The notes beneath the pieces are model-generated. The model saw only the letters and a program-made list of their open reading frames with translations, was not told the DNA's origin and searched no databases. A DNA stretch of 63,325 nt, counting the filler, from Octopus bimaculoides (taxonomy: Eukaryota): NCBI RefSeq assembly GCF_001194135.2. It is 6 parts of 6 records of this genome, joined end to end, with 100 filler letters (N's around TTAATTAATTAA, not from the genome) between each part and the next. Parts side by side here need not be neighbours in the genome. Positions count along the whole stretch, not along the records: positions 13,472 to 37,642 come from NC_068985.1; positions 37,743 to 49,194 come from NC_068993.1; positions 49,295 to 59,283 come from NC_068982.1; 3 more parts are not named here. One strand, given 5' to 3'. Of the stretch, positions 36,626 to 51,629 are shown piece after piece. The translations under genes and the position numbers were made by a program. Each line of letters starts with the position of its first letter. Positions within the stretch are counted from its first letter, which is position 1.

Positions 36626-37548
36626 TGAGGTATATTCAAAGGTATCCGACTTTATTTTTTCCCGCCAAAACTAATGTCACATGGACAAAATCCTGGTGGG
36701 TGGTGACGTCATCCTTTCTATGCATGCATAAAAAATTTCAGGCTTGTAGGTTGCATCAGTCCCCGGCTGTTACGCCTAGAGTACAGACGTGTACTGCGCG
36801 TTCATCGGATTTTCGTTTTCACTCAAGATGACCGAACGTATCAAGCAGAAATATTGTATCAAGTTTTGCTAAAAGTTTGGTGATACTCAAGCTCAGACTA
36901 CCCAGAAGATTCAGCAGGCTTTTGGCGATGATGCCATGAGGAAAACTAAGATCAGGAAGCGGTTCATCTGCTTCAAACATGGTCGCAACTCTGTGGAGAG
37001 CGAAGCACCGCTCAAGCAGGCCTTCTACAAACCGAAACAAGGAGCCGATTGAGAAGGTTCGGCGCGAATAGACATGAAAGATAGTAGTGTAACAATCCAG
37101 AGAATTGCTCACGAAGTAGGAATAAGCACAAGATCAGCTCATTCTAACGGAGAATTTGTGCATGCGGAGAGTGTTGGCGAAAAAATAAAGCCGGATACTT
37201 TTGAACGAGATACTTCCTGATCGAGAACAACATACTACTTGTTCGGTAGGCTCCTTACTATCCTGACTCGACACCGTGTGATTTCTGGCTCTTCCCTGAA
37301 CTGAAGACCATGATGAAAGGAAAGCGATTTGAGTCGCGAGAGGAAATTATGAGAAATGGGACGGCGGAGCTCCACAACATTCTTGAGAAGGCGTTCCAGG
37401 GGTGTTACCGGCTGCGGCAGAATTGCCGGGAGAAGTGTGTGAAGTACCAAGGGGGAGTATTTTGAAGGTGATTAAATGAAATTTGTGAAATACGCAAAAT
37501 TGTTTTTCTTTTATCTCCAAAGATCGGATACTTTTTGAACGCACCTCG
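36626..37548 (+). mobile_element. Internally deleted mariner element with both TIRs
   Basis: TIRs tgaggtatattcaaaggtatccga / tcggatactttttgaacgcacctcg; N-terminal MTERIKQKYCIKFC...HEVGISTRSAHS; C-terminal SREEIMRNGTAEL...EKCVKYQGEYFEGD*. Confidence 0.9.
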
Positions 37549-37642
37549 AATCACATCGTACTTCGAAGGTTTTGCAATCCAAGCTTGCACATCAGACTGG
37601 TTCTCATACAATATTCTAAGTGACAAAAAAAAAAAAAAAAAA

Positions 37643-37742
37643 NNNNNNNNNNNNNNNNNNNNNNNNNNNNNNNNNNNNNNNNNNNNTTAATTAATTAANN
37701 NNNNNNNNNNNNNNNNNNNNNNNNNNNNNNNNNNNNNNNNNN
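37643..37742. other. Artificial 100-bp contig spacer
   Basis: 44N + TTAATTAATTAA (37687-37698) + 44N. Confidence 0.95.
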
Positions 37743-38470
37743 ATATATATATATATATATATATAAATGCATGTATGTATGTTGCTATATTTGTATATGT
37801 ATCTATGAATGTGCATGTATGTGTATTGCATGAATGAATTGCGTCATGAATATAATAAATAAAAATCTATGCGAATTCAATGATTGTACGATATTTTTAG
37901 ACAAGATATTTATTTATTTATTTATGTGTTTCAGCCAAGTGGCTGCGGTCATGCTGGTGCACCGAATTTCATACACAGAAATCGTACATACACATTCGCA
38001 ACAAATGTATAAATGTATTTATGAAAGAATGTTCCTCTTTGTACATAAATATATATATATATATACACAAATTTTCAAATATTACATTTCTGTGTATATG
38101 AATTCTTATATATGATCTTGCAGATAATTTGCATGAATTTTTACCGCTAGGAATGTACACATTGAAATTTTAATGCGTACGTATATATATATATATATAT
38201 ATATATCCGTGTTTAATGAGAATGTAACCGTGAATGCAGTCAAATATTTGCTGATTAATCTACTTCCAGAGTGAATAGAGGCATGTGCATGAAAATTTCA
38301 TTGAGTGTGTAATTCTGCTTGTATATACGCGTATGTTATGCACGTTTTACTGAAATGTTTATTTGTATGTAAACAGAAATAATGCGGATAAGATACGTAT
38401 GTAAAGAGGTTCAGATAAAAAACTATTTTTACAACATTAAGTAAACATTCTCAAAGGATGGCACAAAGAA

Positions 38471-38515
<45 letters not shown>

Positions 38516-39289
38516 TATATATGCCCATATAGATTTTTATACAAATAAATAAATATATAAGAAATGCAGCACATATATTCTATGTATTTATACATGAACA
38601 CACGTTCGTATGCGCACGCACACACACACACACTTATACATACATACATACATAGGCACATATATTGACAGATATGTATGTGGTATCTGTGCATAAGTCT
38701 GTGTATATAATATATGAGCACGCACAAGCAAATATGTGTACAAATATTTATATACATATAAGTACGTACAATTATGCATAAGTATATAAATATAAACGTG
38801 TGTGTGTCTGCGTGTGTTTGTGTATGTGTATTCATATGTCCATATGAGAAAGAGAGAGACAAAGCGAACGTGTGGGAGAGAACATGCACTAACAAAATGG
38901 TACTGCTTGCTATATTATTTCAGTTTTTAGTAGATTTCAGTTCTACTTTGGTACTTTGATCTTTCTCTTTATTGCCTTTTACTGAAGTTTTGTTGTTTTC
39001 TTAATATCGAAGCGCATTCATTATCTATCTTTTTTTCCACGTCATCTTCTTCTTCCTTCTTTTCTTTCTTTTTTTTTCTTCCTCTTCTACCTTCTCTTTC
39101 TCCTTTCTCATTTATGTCGGTTGCTATGATGGGACGCATTTTATAGCATTGTACTCAATTTCGCAAGCCTACGCAGCAAACATACACGTATTTAAGTAAA
39201 CATTCTCTCGCGTATATCCATTGGCTACATACATCTGTTTGACGGTATTTTTATGCCTGGTGCGAGTATGTGTGTATATGTGTATATAT

Positions 39290-39340
<51 letters not shown>

Positions 39341-40129
39341 GTGCTGAAAAGACCTGGCTGGATACCCAATATTCAGAGTTCTTTTACAGGGCGTAGAAAA
39401 ACTGAAGGATTGCAACATTAGTTGTGTGTGTGTTTGTGTGTGAAAGAAGAATATATCGAATAAAATCATAATTAACTGATCCTACTGTATTTTCGTTTAT
39501 CCAAGGCCAGGAAGTTTTCGGCATATGTGTATATCCACATTTCGAAAGGGCTGTGTATACTCTTGCGGATGCGCACATGCATGTGTATAAGTACCCACAC
39601 ATTATTTAGTCGCTTTAATGTCATCGTTATACCGATATGGTTGCAAATTCAATTTAAATAATTGTCTTTGCAATATATCATCTTTAGTTATATAATTGTG
39701 CATATATGTATGTGTGTAACTATGTATGTAATTAAATATTTTCTGTATCATATTTCTCGCTGGACATTAGGGAACATGTGTTACGACTAGTCAGCAAGGT
39801 GTGAAATGCTTTCCTGAAAACATTTAATAGGTACTCAACTTGTCTGTTTTACCTGGAATTCTAGTGTCAGGGTGCCATTTTTTGGTTGAAATTTTAGGAA
39901 CCATTCACAATACGTCTACTGCGAAACCATTGAAGATGATGGTACAATGTATATAGGGGAGTTAATCCTCACCAAATATTCCATTATGTTTTATGATTAG
40001 TAGTTGTCCAAAAGGCATTTGCTCGCAGAATATTATTTTAACAGTGTTGTTGTGTAGAAAATCGCGTAGATATCAATGGAAGAGTACACAACTCTATACG
40101 AAATCAGTTGAAAGGTGGGAAGCAACAGT

Positions 40130-41590
40130 TTTAACACTCTCGTTTCTGCATCATAGAAATAATTCATTATACCAATTGGAAATATACGGCAGCTGTAAAA
40201 CCTCTTCCAAAATTCTCAAGCTTTATGCTCCAACTACAGACGGAGATAAAGATAAAATAGAAGCATTCTATGAACAAATTCAAGATACTTTGAGCGATTA
40301 CCCAAGTCAGTAATATCCCCTTTATTGCAGGAGGCTTCAATAAATGTAGGGGCGAGATAGACAGATACGGGCGTGTGCACAACAAACAAACAACGCATTC
40401 GGTGAAGAGACTTAAAAACTTTTAAGTGATAATGCCTATATCCCTGAACACTGCTTCCAGCACAACACAACGAAACCATATACGTGGCAGTCACCAGCAG
40501 ATAGATATAACAATCTAATCAATTACATCCTGATAGGGAGAAGATAGATGAGATGTATGTAGTAATTTCCAGAGCGAGACCATGAGTAGAGAGGGGCTCA
40601 GACCAGTGCATGGTTAAAAATGGTCAAACATGTAGAACAAAGAATGCAGTCAGTAAGGCTCAGCTTCTGAAGAACACCAAAGCAACTAGCTTCACTATGG
40701 CAGTAAGTTCTTTAAAAGAAATATCTATGGAAAATAAAGACTACAGTATAAACAATCCTTATTTGTTAACAAACTTTTCTTCTAATGAACTTTCGTTCAT
40801 GTTATAGGAATTTATTGACAGAACCAAATTAACGTGACCAACCATGGATATCTAAAGACACCTTTCAATTGATAGATTAAAGAAAAATTATCAAAACGGA
40901 ACGATCTGTCTCAGGGATAGAGATTTTACAAAAAGATTAAATGAGCTGTTCAAAGAGAGGCCTGAAGGAACAAAACCAAATGGTTGGAGGACATATACAC
41001 TGAGGTTCAAGACCATTTACACCAAAACGTACAACATTAGTAATATCTTTAAAAATTAGTAATATCTTTAAAAATTTAACCGAAGTAAAACAGGACATCT
41101 ACCAAAGACTTATTTGGCTAAGTGTTTGCTCTTCTACAAAGCATTCCCGGGAAATGAAAAGAATATGGTCAAAGCTTATTTCAAGAGAAAGATATATCAC
41201 AGCCAGGAGGTTTTTGTCATGAAGTACGATCCAACTTCTTAGCAGCAGTTGAGTCAGGGTTAAAATACACAATTCTAATTTTCAAAAATAAAAATCTACT
41301 GCAATTGAGGAAATCGCTGCAGAAATACTAGGAAGATACATTCCAACGGTGCACAAAATGTTATGCAATCTCTGCAATTGGATCCTTGACATGAAAGAAA
41401 AGCACTTGGACGTGATTAGGTCAGTAATCGTACTGAAACCGAAAGTCTCATTCTCCACAGAATACATAAATCATCGTATTATTGCTCTAGTAATTATACA
41501 AGCAAGGGCTTTCTGCGGATCTCGCCATACAAAATGGAGAACATCGCAGAGAAACAGTTTTAGAAAGATAGTAGTTACAAAAGATCAGAT
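40130..41590 (+). mobile_element. Decayed RTE-like LINE: APE endonuclease through start of RT
   Basis: LYAPTTDGDKDKIEAFYEQIQDTL; LNTCFQH...YTWQSP...INYILIGRR; STAIEEIAAEIL...LCNLCNWI...SVIVLKPK...NHRIIAL. Confidence 0.8.
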
Positions 41591-41653
41591 ATCAAGATTA
41601 AATATTTATACATATATATACATATATATACATATATATACATACATATATAC

Positions 41654-41686
<33 letters not shown>

Positions 41687-42046
41687 CATATATACATATA
41701 TACATACATAAATACATACATTCATATTCACATACGTATTCATGCAATATCCAATAACGATCTGCTGCGTGTAGTCGTATGTAATCTATCATTTATAAAA
41801 TGCGGAAATGCGAGGGAGCGAGAACTTTCACGAATAACAAAACCATTTTAATCGTGCAAATAGCTAAACATTAAAGTACTAATATTAAGAAATTTGAAAA
41901 ATGACACGATCACCTGCTCTCTAATTAATCGCAAAGTCTGACATACACACGCAAAGACACGCACAGACGGTGACACACAAACACACTCATATGGACGCAC
42001 GCATATGCATTAGTGCTTGTCCTCGTGTGAAATAATATTGATGATG

Positions 42047-42528
<482 letters not shown>

Positions 42529-42717
42529 AACACTAACATAAAGATACCGAGATCACTATACTGGCAGCGGAAGGCCAAGCTTTGATCGTACTAATTTAAT
42601 ATCAATTTTTCATATCGCATACCTGTTTACCTAGTAAAACTTAGACACAAGAAGAAACATGAAATTAAGTTTTTGATTCCTTTTGCCAACGGTTATATTC
42701 TGTATTTAGCATTCTAG

Positions 42718-42942
42718 GATTTCATCGAACAGAACGTTATTACCTACGCAGCTGATTCTCTGATTCTGCACGATGCTACTGATACACTTGATGTTTGTCG
42801 AGAATTTGGCAACTGGAATGTGGAATATGTCTGTGACAGAGCCGGCACTCAAAGAACTGTCAAGGAAGACAAATATTGGAAACGATATCATCGATATTAT
42901 AAAATGCTTATTTGGCGAAATATCCAAAAAGCATTCGACTAA
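42718..42942 (+). other. Acceptor-bounded 74-codon open frame: either a host exon or a decayed RT fragment
   Basis: ttctgtatttagcattctag|DFIEQNVITYAADSL...WRNIQKAFD*; a one-base shift gives KCLFGDIQKAFD, an RT-like motif. Confidence 0.25.
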
Positions 42943-43227
42943 ATCACATTCAGTATTCAATTAAAAGTCTTCAACGATATTTGTTCAAATACAGTCTACT
43001 TCGACTTTGTTTGCAGCCTGGTATATTAAATCCATTGTCCGTTTTAGAGCCATCACACCCTTCTATGTTATCTTTGGCTGGGTCCAAACCGATGCAAGTA
43101 TTTGTATCATGAGTGTGCATTCTTTGCTATGGCGTTAACACATAATTCGTATTATTCGCCCATATGGGGCTGCCCCATATTCTTCGATTAAACTATGCCC
43201 TGATTCAAAATAACCCTCTGAGTGATG

Positions 43228-43270
<43 letters not shown>

Positions 43271-44089
43271 GCACATTCACATTTCAATGCAGTTGGTTAT
43301 ACTTCCCAATTCCAGCACAATGATTTCAACTTTTGTATCAAATTAGCAATCGTTATCTGAGTTAATTTTATTCCTATTTTATAATTTATTATATTTTTGT
43401 TTAATATAAATTGGTTGATCTGTAGAATATCGGACACAACTGAACGTAATATTCAGTTATATCTTTTTATATTCAGAATTCGAATGACTCTATTGTCTAT
43501 GGAGTTGATATAATATATATCCCCCAAATACTGAGGTCGATACAATCGATTGTGTCTTGTCCATAAAAGACAAAATGTGTCCAATTGCCCTTAACATACA
43601 AGTGAATATATAGCGTAAGGAAGCTTTCATAAGATATATTTAACAATGTTTCATCCTTTACATTTCGATAGATGTAGCAGCGATATTCAGGTTGTAAATT
43701 CACTTAAACATAGAATAGTGACTTTTATCCTAAATCAATATAATTTAGTGTAATAAGAAAAAGAAACGAGTCTTCATGTAATGACACCAACAGATAGATA
43801 GAGAAATCAAATTAACACAAATTACATCCTACCGAAATAATGAAATCCTAAATACATTATTTCTGAAAGCAAGTGGTTAACCTTTGTTATATTCTCATTA
43901 GTATATGTTTATATCTAATAAGGTTCTTTTTTATTGCTCTATGCAGTAACTTAACTTTTATTTTACATGTGGATGGCAACTTTGAAATAATTTATTTGCA
44001 CGCATGATATTTCTATTCTACATTCAATAAATCAATTAAATAAATATATAAATATACAGAAATTACCATGTCTTAGTCCCGTACCTATA

Positions 44090-44720
44090 CCGATCAAAAT
44101 GTGATTCAAATTACAAAGAATTACTCCACACTGTTTGCAAGAGGGGACTTGTTTACCGCCATATTTGGAGTTGGCAAGACGCCAGCGTTAGCACGAAGGA
44201 GGAAAGACAATCTCTTTTGGTCAGTCACCAAGTGTTCCCTCCAGGGCGGAGGGCACTCAAGTTCCAGATTCCATTGTATCCATCGTCCCTGGATGGTAAG
44301 CATTCACAGGGTGATCTGTTGAATCACAAGTCCTCTGCACTTTGATTTTTCTTTTGGTTCTGGTCTTTGTGTGTTTCCAACAGTTTCGCGTTTTAATTAC
44401 CAAGTCAGTTCTTGACAGACTACGTCAGCAACCGCCTGGTTTTCTCAGTATATATCTACTTCCTCCACCGCTTCCTTGGCTTCCGTTTTCTGCCACATTT
44501 AATGGTCCTTTTGGTGTGTGTGACTGTCTCCTTTTCAAAGAGAAGCAATGCGTTTATTGCTCTTGCCTTTGCGGCTTTGAATTCCTCCCCAATTGTTGAA
44601 TTGTTAGGTGAAGCTTAAAAGCCTTGCAGTACAAATTGACGGAGCTGATATTCGGGGAGTACTCGGGTACATTCGCACGAAATTACTGCAAAGCCTCTCA
44701 ACTGCCCGAGTCATGTCAAA
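44090..44720 (-). mobile_element. HERO/NeSL-like RLE retrotransposon fragment (post-RT region)
   Basis: CGRKRK...KEAVEEV, QGRWIQWNLE...RLSFLLRANAGVLPTPN resemble the GRKW..EAV / QG.W..W / FL+RA..DVLPTP.N blocks of HERO-like ORFs. Confidence 0.65.
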
Positions 44721-44925
44721 GCTGCAAAGTAAAAATGGCTAATACTATAATCTGAGTAAGATTTCATACTGGAAGCATCGTACTTAAAACATTACAGGCA
44801 GCTGGCTTTTATCACCTACCCTCAGCCAGTTCTCTAGTTGTGTCTTAGTGTCTTCGGCATTGCTCATTCATACAGACAATCATACATACATGCATACACA
44901 CATGCATATATACATACGTACATAC

Positions 44926-45001
<76 letters not shown>

Positions 45002-45005
45002 CTGT

Positions 45006-45042
<37 letters not shown>

Positions 45043-46295
45043 TGTATATATGACTTTGTGCTTGTGGTTATCTCCTACCACATCTTGACAACCAGTGTTA
45101 GATTATGTTCGCATAAATTAGCGGTTCGTGAAAAGTGGCCAGTTGAATAAATATGAGACTTTAAAACAAATAACTACTTGCGTCTAATCGTTAGACTAAA
45201 TTCACTCACAAGCCATGTGTAGAGCATGGTCGTAGTCCAAAGAATGAAACAAGTAAAAGTAGAAACAATATATATTTAAAAAGAGCTATGTTGAAATTAT
45301 ATCTGACCAATAATGTCGGGATACCTCTAAAACATGTACAGAAATGTCTCAGTAATTGCTCAATACAGGGCAAAATATTAGAAATAGTGAGTGGTTGACG
45401 GAATAGATCGATCGTCGGTCAAAATATTGGTTGAACAGCCTCCTCATTTGAAATCTCAACCGGGTTCATTTTGAGATTCATCGTTCGGAAAGAAAATAGA
45501 ATAAATAGTGAAATCGATGTATTCGAATGTACCATGGAATATTTTCAACGACGTTTACTAAAACGGTATAACAGACCTATTTCAGCATTACGCATATTTT
45601 GAATTCTCTCTTCAGAAATGAAATAAAACTATTTAATATTAGCTAGCGTTATATTCTTCGCATCACTTACGAATTTCTAAGTATTTTAATAAATGCTTCT
45701 TAAATTAAAAATATTGGCATTTGATAATTAGTTATCTGTTAATAATTACTCATGTGGTGTATGAAAAATCGGTATTTAATCATACTCGTTATATATTTTT
45801 AAATTTGCAGATTTTCCCATAATTTAATGTAAACAATAATGTAAGAATTTTCACGCGATGTTACACATGTTTATCGTCAACCCTAAGCGAGCAAGCTTAG
45901 ATTTAACAATAATGATGTCTAGTATCACTTAAGGACAATTTGAACTCATCAAGAACTGTGATATCAACGAACATCGTTTAATTTCCTTGTCAGTACGTCA
46001 TTATTTAACGAATTACAGCAAAATTTGTTTAATATCAACATAACAATATATATTTTATCTTTCACTAGTGTCGGTCAACGGATGCGGCCATTCTGGAGTA
46101 CACTCTTAAATGTTTGTGGGGTGAACAAAACAATCCTAGTACTTTCGTAATGCTGATATTTTTCGCTTTCTCTTGCCGAGCCTCTAAACTGCAAGAACGT
46201 AAACAAATCGAAAACGGTTGTTAAGCTGTGGGCGAGCAAACACGGTCTCACTTAAAGGTACACACACACACACACATATATATATATACACACAC

Positions 46296-46311
46296 AGATC
46301 GGAAGAGCACA
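46296..46311 (+). other. Illumina adapter remnant (assembly artefact)
   Basis: AGATCGGAAGAGCACA directly abutting a 10-N gap. Confidence 0.9.
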
Positions 46312-46321
46312 NNNNNNNNNN

Positions 46322-46366
<45 letters not shown>

Positions 46367-46797
46367 GTCCACAAACACACATACACACACATTTTTATGT
46401 ATGTGAGTATGTGTGTGTGTGTAGATGACGGTCTTCTAGAGTATTTTCTTCTATCATATTTGCTCCCGGGGCCTAGGTCGTCCCGGAATTATTGTAGAAT
46501 TTGTTTCCATTTCTCAAGGTTGCTCAAAGTTTCGTACAGCATGATTGAACCCAAAATCACAAGGTTAGAGAGGAAGCTACTTAACCACCCATCTATGTTG
46601 GTGCCCGTGTGTGTGTTATAATTTACAGATGCTATGCAATTACCTAGATTAAAGAAGAAAGAAATTAAGTAGTAGTAGAAGGTGAAAGAGAAATATAAAG
46701 GCAGACGAATATCTTACAATATTAGAATACGAGACAGAAAAAGCGTTAGACAGACACAGAAAGAGGAGAAGGTGCGTGAGTGAATTAGGGATTGAGT

Positions 46798-46866
<69 letters not shown>

Positions 46867-47239
46867 NNNNNNNNNNNNNNNNNNNNNNNNNNNNNNNNNN
46901 NNNNNNNNNNNNNNNNNNNNNNNNNNNNNNNNNNNNNNNNNNNNNNNNNNNNNNNNNNNNNNNNNNNNNNNNNNNNNNNNNNNNNNNNNNNNNNNNNNNN
47001 NNNNNNNNNNNNNNNNNNNNNNNNNNNNNNNNNNNNNNNNNNNNNNNNNNNNNNNNNNNNNNNNNNNNNNNNNNNNNNNNNNNNNNNGAGAGACAAATGG
47101 AGAAAGAGATAGTGAGTCTGTGTAAGAGAATGATAAGTTAGATAAGAAAAGAGTCTCTGAAGCTGACATATATGCCCGATACAATTACAGCCGTTACGGG
47201 GTTCGATATTCGATAGCGGCTTGCTGGTTGTTTTCATTT

Positions 47240-47480
47240 AAGGCGGTGAACTGACAGAATCGTTAGCTCGCCGGAAAAAATGCTTAGTTGCATTTCATCC
47301 GTCTTTACGTTCTGAGTTGAAATACCGCTGATGTCGACATTGCCTTTCATTCTTGATATCCGTGACATGAGGCAGTGAGTCGATGCAATAAGTACCAGCT
47401 GTGTACTAGGGACCGATGAAATTAAATTAACCCCCTACTCCGAACGTACTGGCCCTGTGCCAATATTCAAAAACAATATT
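47240..47480 (+). mobile_element. SINE family A, diverged
   Basis: aaggcggtgaactgacagaatcgttagc...ttctgagttgaaataccgc...ttgcctttcattc. Confidence 0.7.
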
Positions 47481-47550
47481 ACAGGCGTGACAATCTCATT
47501 TCCATGCATGCCTAAAAATATCCAAAACTCTCAGTTGTCAGTTTTTGAAA

Positions 47551-47612
47551 AGGTATTTCGGATTGGTGCGAAGACTNNNNNNNNNNAGGTATTTCGGATT
47601 GGTGCGAAGACT
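47551..47612. other. Overlapping contig ends duplicated across a 10-N gap
   Basis: aggtatttcggattggtgcgaagact is identical on both sides of the gap. Confidence 0.85.
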
Positions 47613-48394
47613 TTGGTATCTATAGCAGGAGCTCTCTTTAATATGTGTGTGCGAATGCGTGCATATGTGTGTGTATAAACATAGATACATACATGCATAT
47701 ATAAACCGCGTACAAAACATATAGGCAAATGAACTTATGTGTTTGTACGTGCGTGTGTGCGTTTATAACTAATATAATTACTGTACGTATCATATACATA
47801 CATTTATATATGCTTATGTGCGTATGTGTGTGTTTATATACGAACATATATTATATATATACATATATACATACACACACACATATATATATAGATANNN
47901 NNNNNNNNNNNNNNNNNNNNNNNNNNNNNNNNNNNNNNNNNNNNNNNNNNNNNNNNNNNNNNNNNNNNNNNNNNNNNNNNNNNNNNNNNNNNNNNNNNNN
48001 NNNNNNNNNNNNNNNNNNNNNNNNNNNNNNNNNNNNNNNNNNNNNNNNNNNNNNNNNNNNNNNNNNNNNNNNNNNNNNNNNNNNNNNNNNNNNNNNNNNN
48101 NNNNNNNNNNNNNNNNNNNNNNNNNNNNNNNNNNNNNNNNNNNNNNNNNNNNNNNNNNNNNNNNNNNNNNNNNNNNNNNNNNNNNNNNNNNNNNNNNNNN
48201 NNNNNNNNNNNNNNNNNNNNNNNNNNNNNNNNNNNNNNNNNNNNNNNNNNNNNNNNNNNNNNNNNNNNNNNNNNNNNNNNNNNNNNNNNNNNNNNNNNNN
48301 NNNNNNNNNNNNNNNNNNNNNNNNNNNNNNNNNNNNNNNNNNNNNNNNNNNNNNNNNNNNNNNNNNNNNNNNNNNNNNNNNNNNNNNNNNNNNN

Positions 48395-48635
48395 GATTAT
48401 AATCATAAAAACAACAACAGCAAAAACAACAACATCAACAAAACCAACGACAACAACAACAACAGCATCAACAGAAACATCAACAGCATCATCAACAACA
48501 ACAACAACAACAACAACAAAAATAATAAAAATAATAATAATGATTGTAATTATAACTGTAACAATTATAAGAAAGATGCTAGAACACGGCGACCATGAAA
48601 ACGATTATGACGACGACGACGACGACGACGACGAC

Positions 48636-48703
<68 letters not shown>

Positions 48704-48860
48704 AGAGGAGGAGGAGGAGGAGGAGGATGTGGAATACGAAGTGGAAGACGATGACGACGACCACTACTATGATGATGATGATGATGATTCTGATGATGAC
48801 GAAAAGTAAAAGGACGAAGCTGGAGAAGGAGAAGGAGAAGAATAAGAAGAAGAATCGTAA
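48395..48860. repeat. Compound trinucleotide tract (AAC, AAT, GAC, GAT, GAG)
   Basis: Seen directly; source of the poly-D/E/M ORFs. Confidence 0.85.
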
Positions 48861-49157
48861 GTAAGGATAATTAGAAAAATATAGAAGATAAATAACAAAA
48901 AGAACAACCAGAAAAAAACCAGCAGCAACTACACCAACACCAGTTTTTAAATGTCAACAACGCAAAAAGGGAAACAACGCAACATTTTGGATTGACTAGA
49001 AGCAAGAAGATATTATTAAATAAATCTTGTGACATTTTCGTTTGGACATATTGAATTCATTGTGAGACTACTTCACTCTAATTGTGTAAAAACATACATG
49101 CATAGAAAACGTACGTACATACATACTTACATACACAAACATAGGTGCATACACGAA

Positions 49158-49194
<37 letters not shown>

Positions 49195-49294
49195 NNNNNN
49201 NNNNNNNNNNNNNNNNNNNNNNNNNNNNNNNNNNNNNNTTAATTAATTAANNNNNNNNNNNNNNNNNNNNNNNNNNNNNNNNNNNNNNNNNNNN
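49195..49294. other. Artificial 100-bp contig spacer
   Basis: 44N + TTAATTAATTAA (49239-49250) + 44N. Confidence 0.95.
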
Positions 49295-49327
<33 letters not shown>

Positions 49328-50010
49328 GTTATATTATATATATATTATGTTATATTATATATATATATACATATAAAGAGAGGGGGACAGAGATAAGATG
49401 AAAAAACACAGGTTTGTTTTACAGGATTTAAGAGTATATTAGAGCCATGATAAGAATAAAGATATTATACAATTTTGTACAAGATAAGGTTTTGTTCTTT
49501 CAACATAATCGAAGTAAGGACCAGTTTCGATTTGCTCACCAAACTGAGAGTTGAAAGAGATACATTGCTGGGGGAAAAAATATTGCATGGGGAGATAATT
49601 GTTCACTCATTTATTTTGCAGTAAAGGGTCTGTAAGTCTGTAATTTTTATTGTTTTTATTATGGTTATATATATATATTTATTTAGGTAGGGGCATGGCT
49701 GTGTGGTTACGAACTTTACTTTGCAGCCACCTGGTTTTCGCTTCAGTTCTACTACTATGTAAATCTTTGGGCAAGTGTCTTCTACCTTAGCTCCAGACCA
49801 AGCAATGACTTCTCTGTAAATTTTTAGAGTGGATACTGCAAGAAACTCGTCGTTTGTGTGTTAATTTTTTTTTTGCCACCGATTGACAACAGACTTAGCA
49901 AAAACTTAGCAAATACTCAACAAAAGAGAACGATGAAATAATTACCAGACTTGAAATATATAATGGGGTTCATTTGTTTGACTAACCTTGTAATTCAGTG
50001 CTCAACCTTG

Positions 50011-50052
<42 letters not shown>

Positions 50053-51629
50053 AATACATATTGTTTATATGTACATATATTTATAATATGTGGGGGGAGG
50101 CACATATTCCGCTTATCACTGGGTAATTTTCTTAGGAATCAGACAATAGAATTGTTCATTCCTATGTTATGTACATAAAGATTACTGAACTGTGTTCATT
50201 GTACTTTACCATTTATATGCCGTAGTAGATATATATATTTGATAGACTCTCAATTATCTAATTGGTTTTCTATGTTTTATGTGCCACCGAATGTCAAATG
50301 TATCAGGGTTAAATAGACGAGAACTTATTGCGATTGTCATTCTTTTCTTTCGCTGTTTGTCATAACAAATTTTATTGAATGGTTCACTATATAACAGCTG
50401 GAAATTATTTCTGCTGCAATACATTTATTGACTAGTTTACAGCCGACTGAACTCATTGGTTAATGATATATATTTTCTGAATAATGCCAATCTGTGTTCT
50501 AGTTGTAGGGAAAGTTTTTTATATGGTTAACAACAGTGGCTTTTTGATTTATCAATTTGTATATAGTGTTTAATACTTTGGATATAGTAAAACTACAAGC
50601 TGTTTGATATCTTACTTTTTTTTAAAGATTTCGTGAGTAAATTAAACTTGTATAAATCGAAAATACTTTAACGTACTTATATCACTGCATTGTTTTAGGG
50701 AAATCTTTTCAGCATAGATATTCTTTCCCGCTGCGGGTTTTTTTCCGATTCTTTTTAATTCTATGAATGATCGAATGTAAATACTTAAATCGTTACGTTA
50801 AACGACATGCAATACAATAAATACAACTACAGGGGAACAAAATGGAATAACGATAGCTTGATTTCTTTAGATAAATGCAGTTAAAGTTCATACGAGTAAC
50901 TAATTCACTCCATTTTAAAAGCAGAATAAAAGAGCATCGCGTTGGCAGAGTTGTATAAAGTTCCATTAGAAATCCTCACGGTATATATTTTGCTTCTCTG
51001 TACTCTGGTTTCAAATTCCACGGAAGCCAACTTTGGAATTTATCTTTCGAGATCGATCATAAAACTCACCAATGAAGGGCGGTGGATTCGTGAGACTGTA
51101 AAAATGTTGGACTGAGTGCCTTGCGGTATTTGTTCTAGTTCTTTCATTTCGGAGTTAAATGCTACCGTGCTCTCTACAAGATATTTTGGTGACTTTTTCA
51201 GAGACCATTCCGTGGCAAGTATAAGGGCAAAATAACTGGTTTAAACATGCAAAATAACTAGTTTAAAGATACTTTTCTCCCTCTCTTCCCCAAGGTTTCG
51301 AGACCCTATAAAGTGTCATAAGCAATTCTTAGCGCCTGGATTTAGACATAAGCAAAAATAAGAAAGAAAACAAAGTACATTGAGAAAATACGTTCTTTCC
51401 AGTCTGTGCATTTTTGTATAAATATCAGGAAACACATACGCAGCCACATTTCTCTACACATAAAGACAGTCACTTCTGCTTAAATTCTATTTCTATTTTA
51501 TTCATGTTACTATTCCGAAATTCAAGATATAGCAGGGAATATTTTATGCTCGGCTTTTTTTAAACTTCGTGTATAAATACTTATATACATACTTGCATAC
51601 ATAAATGCACACACACGCATACACAGATA

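Noticed and set aside
39899-40000. Acceptor-bounded frame NHSQYVYCETIEDDGTMYIGELILTKYSIMFYD*
   Set aside because: Short, unrecognised, and directly upstream of a LINE endonuclease remnant
45446-45490. Short hairpin aatctcaa/ttgagatt as a possible pre-miRNA
   Set aside because: Stem too short for a pre-miRNA and no known mature miRNA recognised
48540-48864. Acidic poly-D/E and poly-M ORFs
   Set aside because: Translation of trinucleotide repeats; no non-repetitive domain
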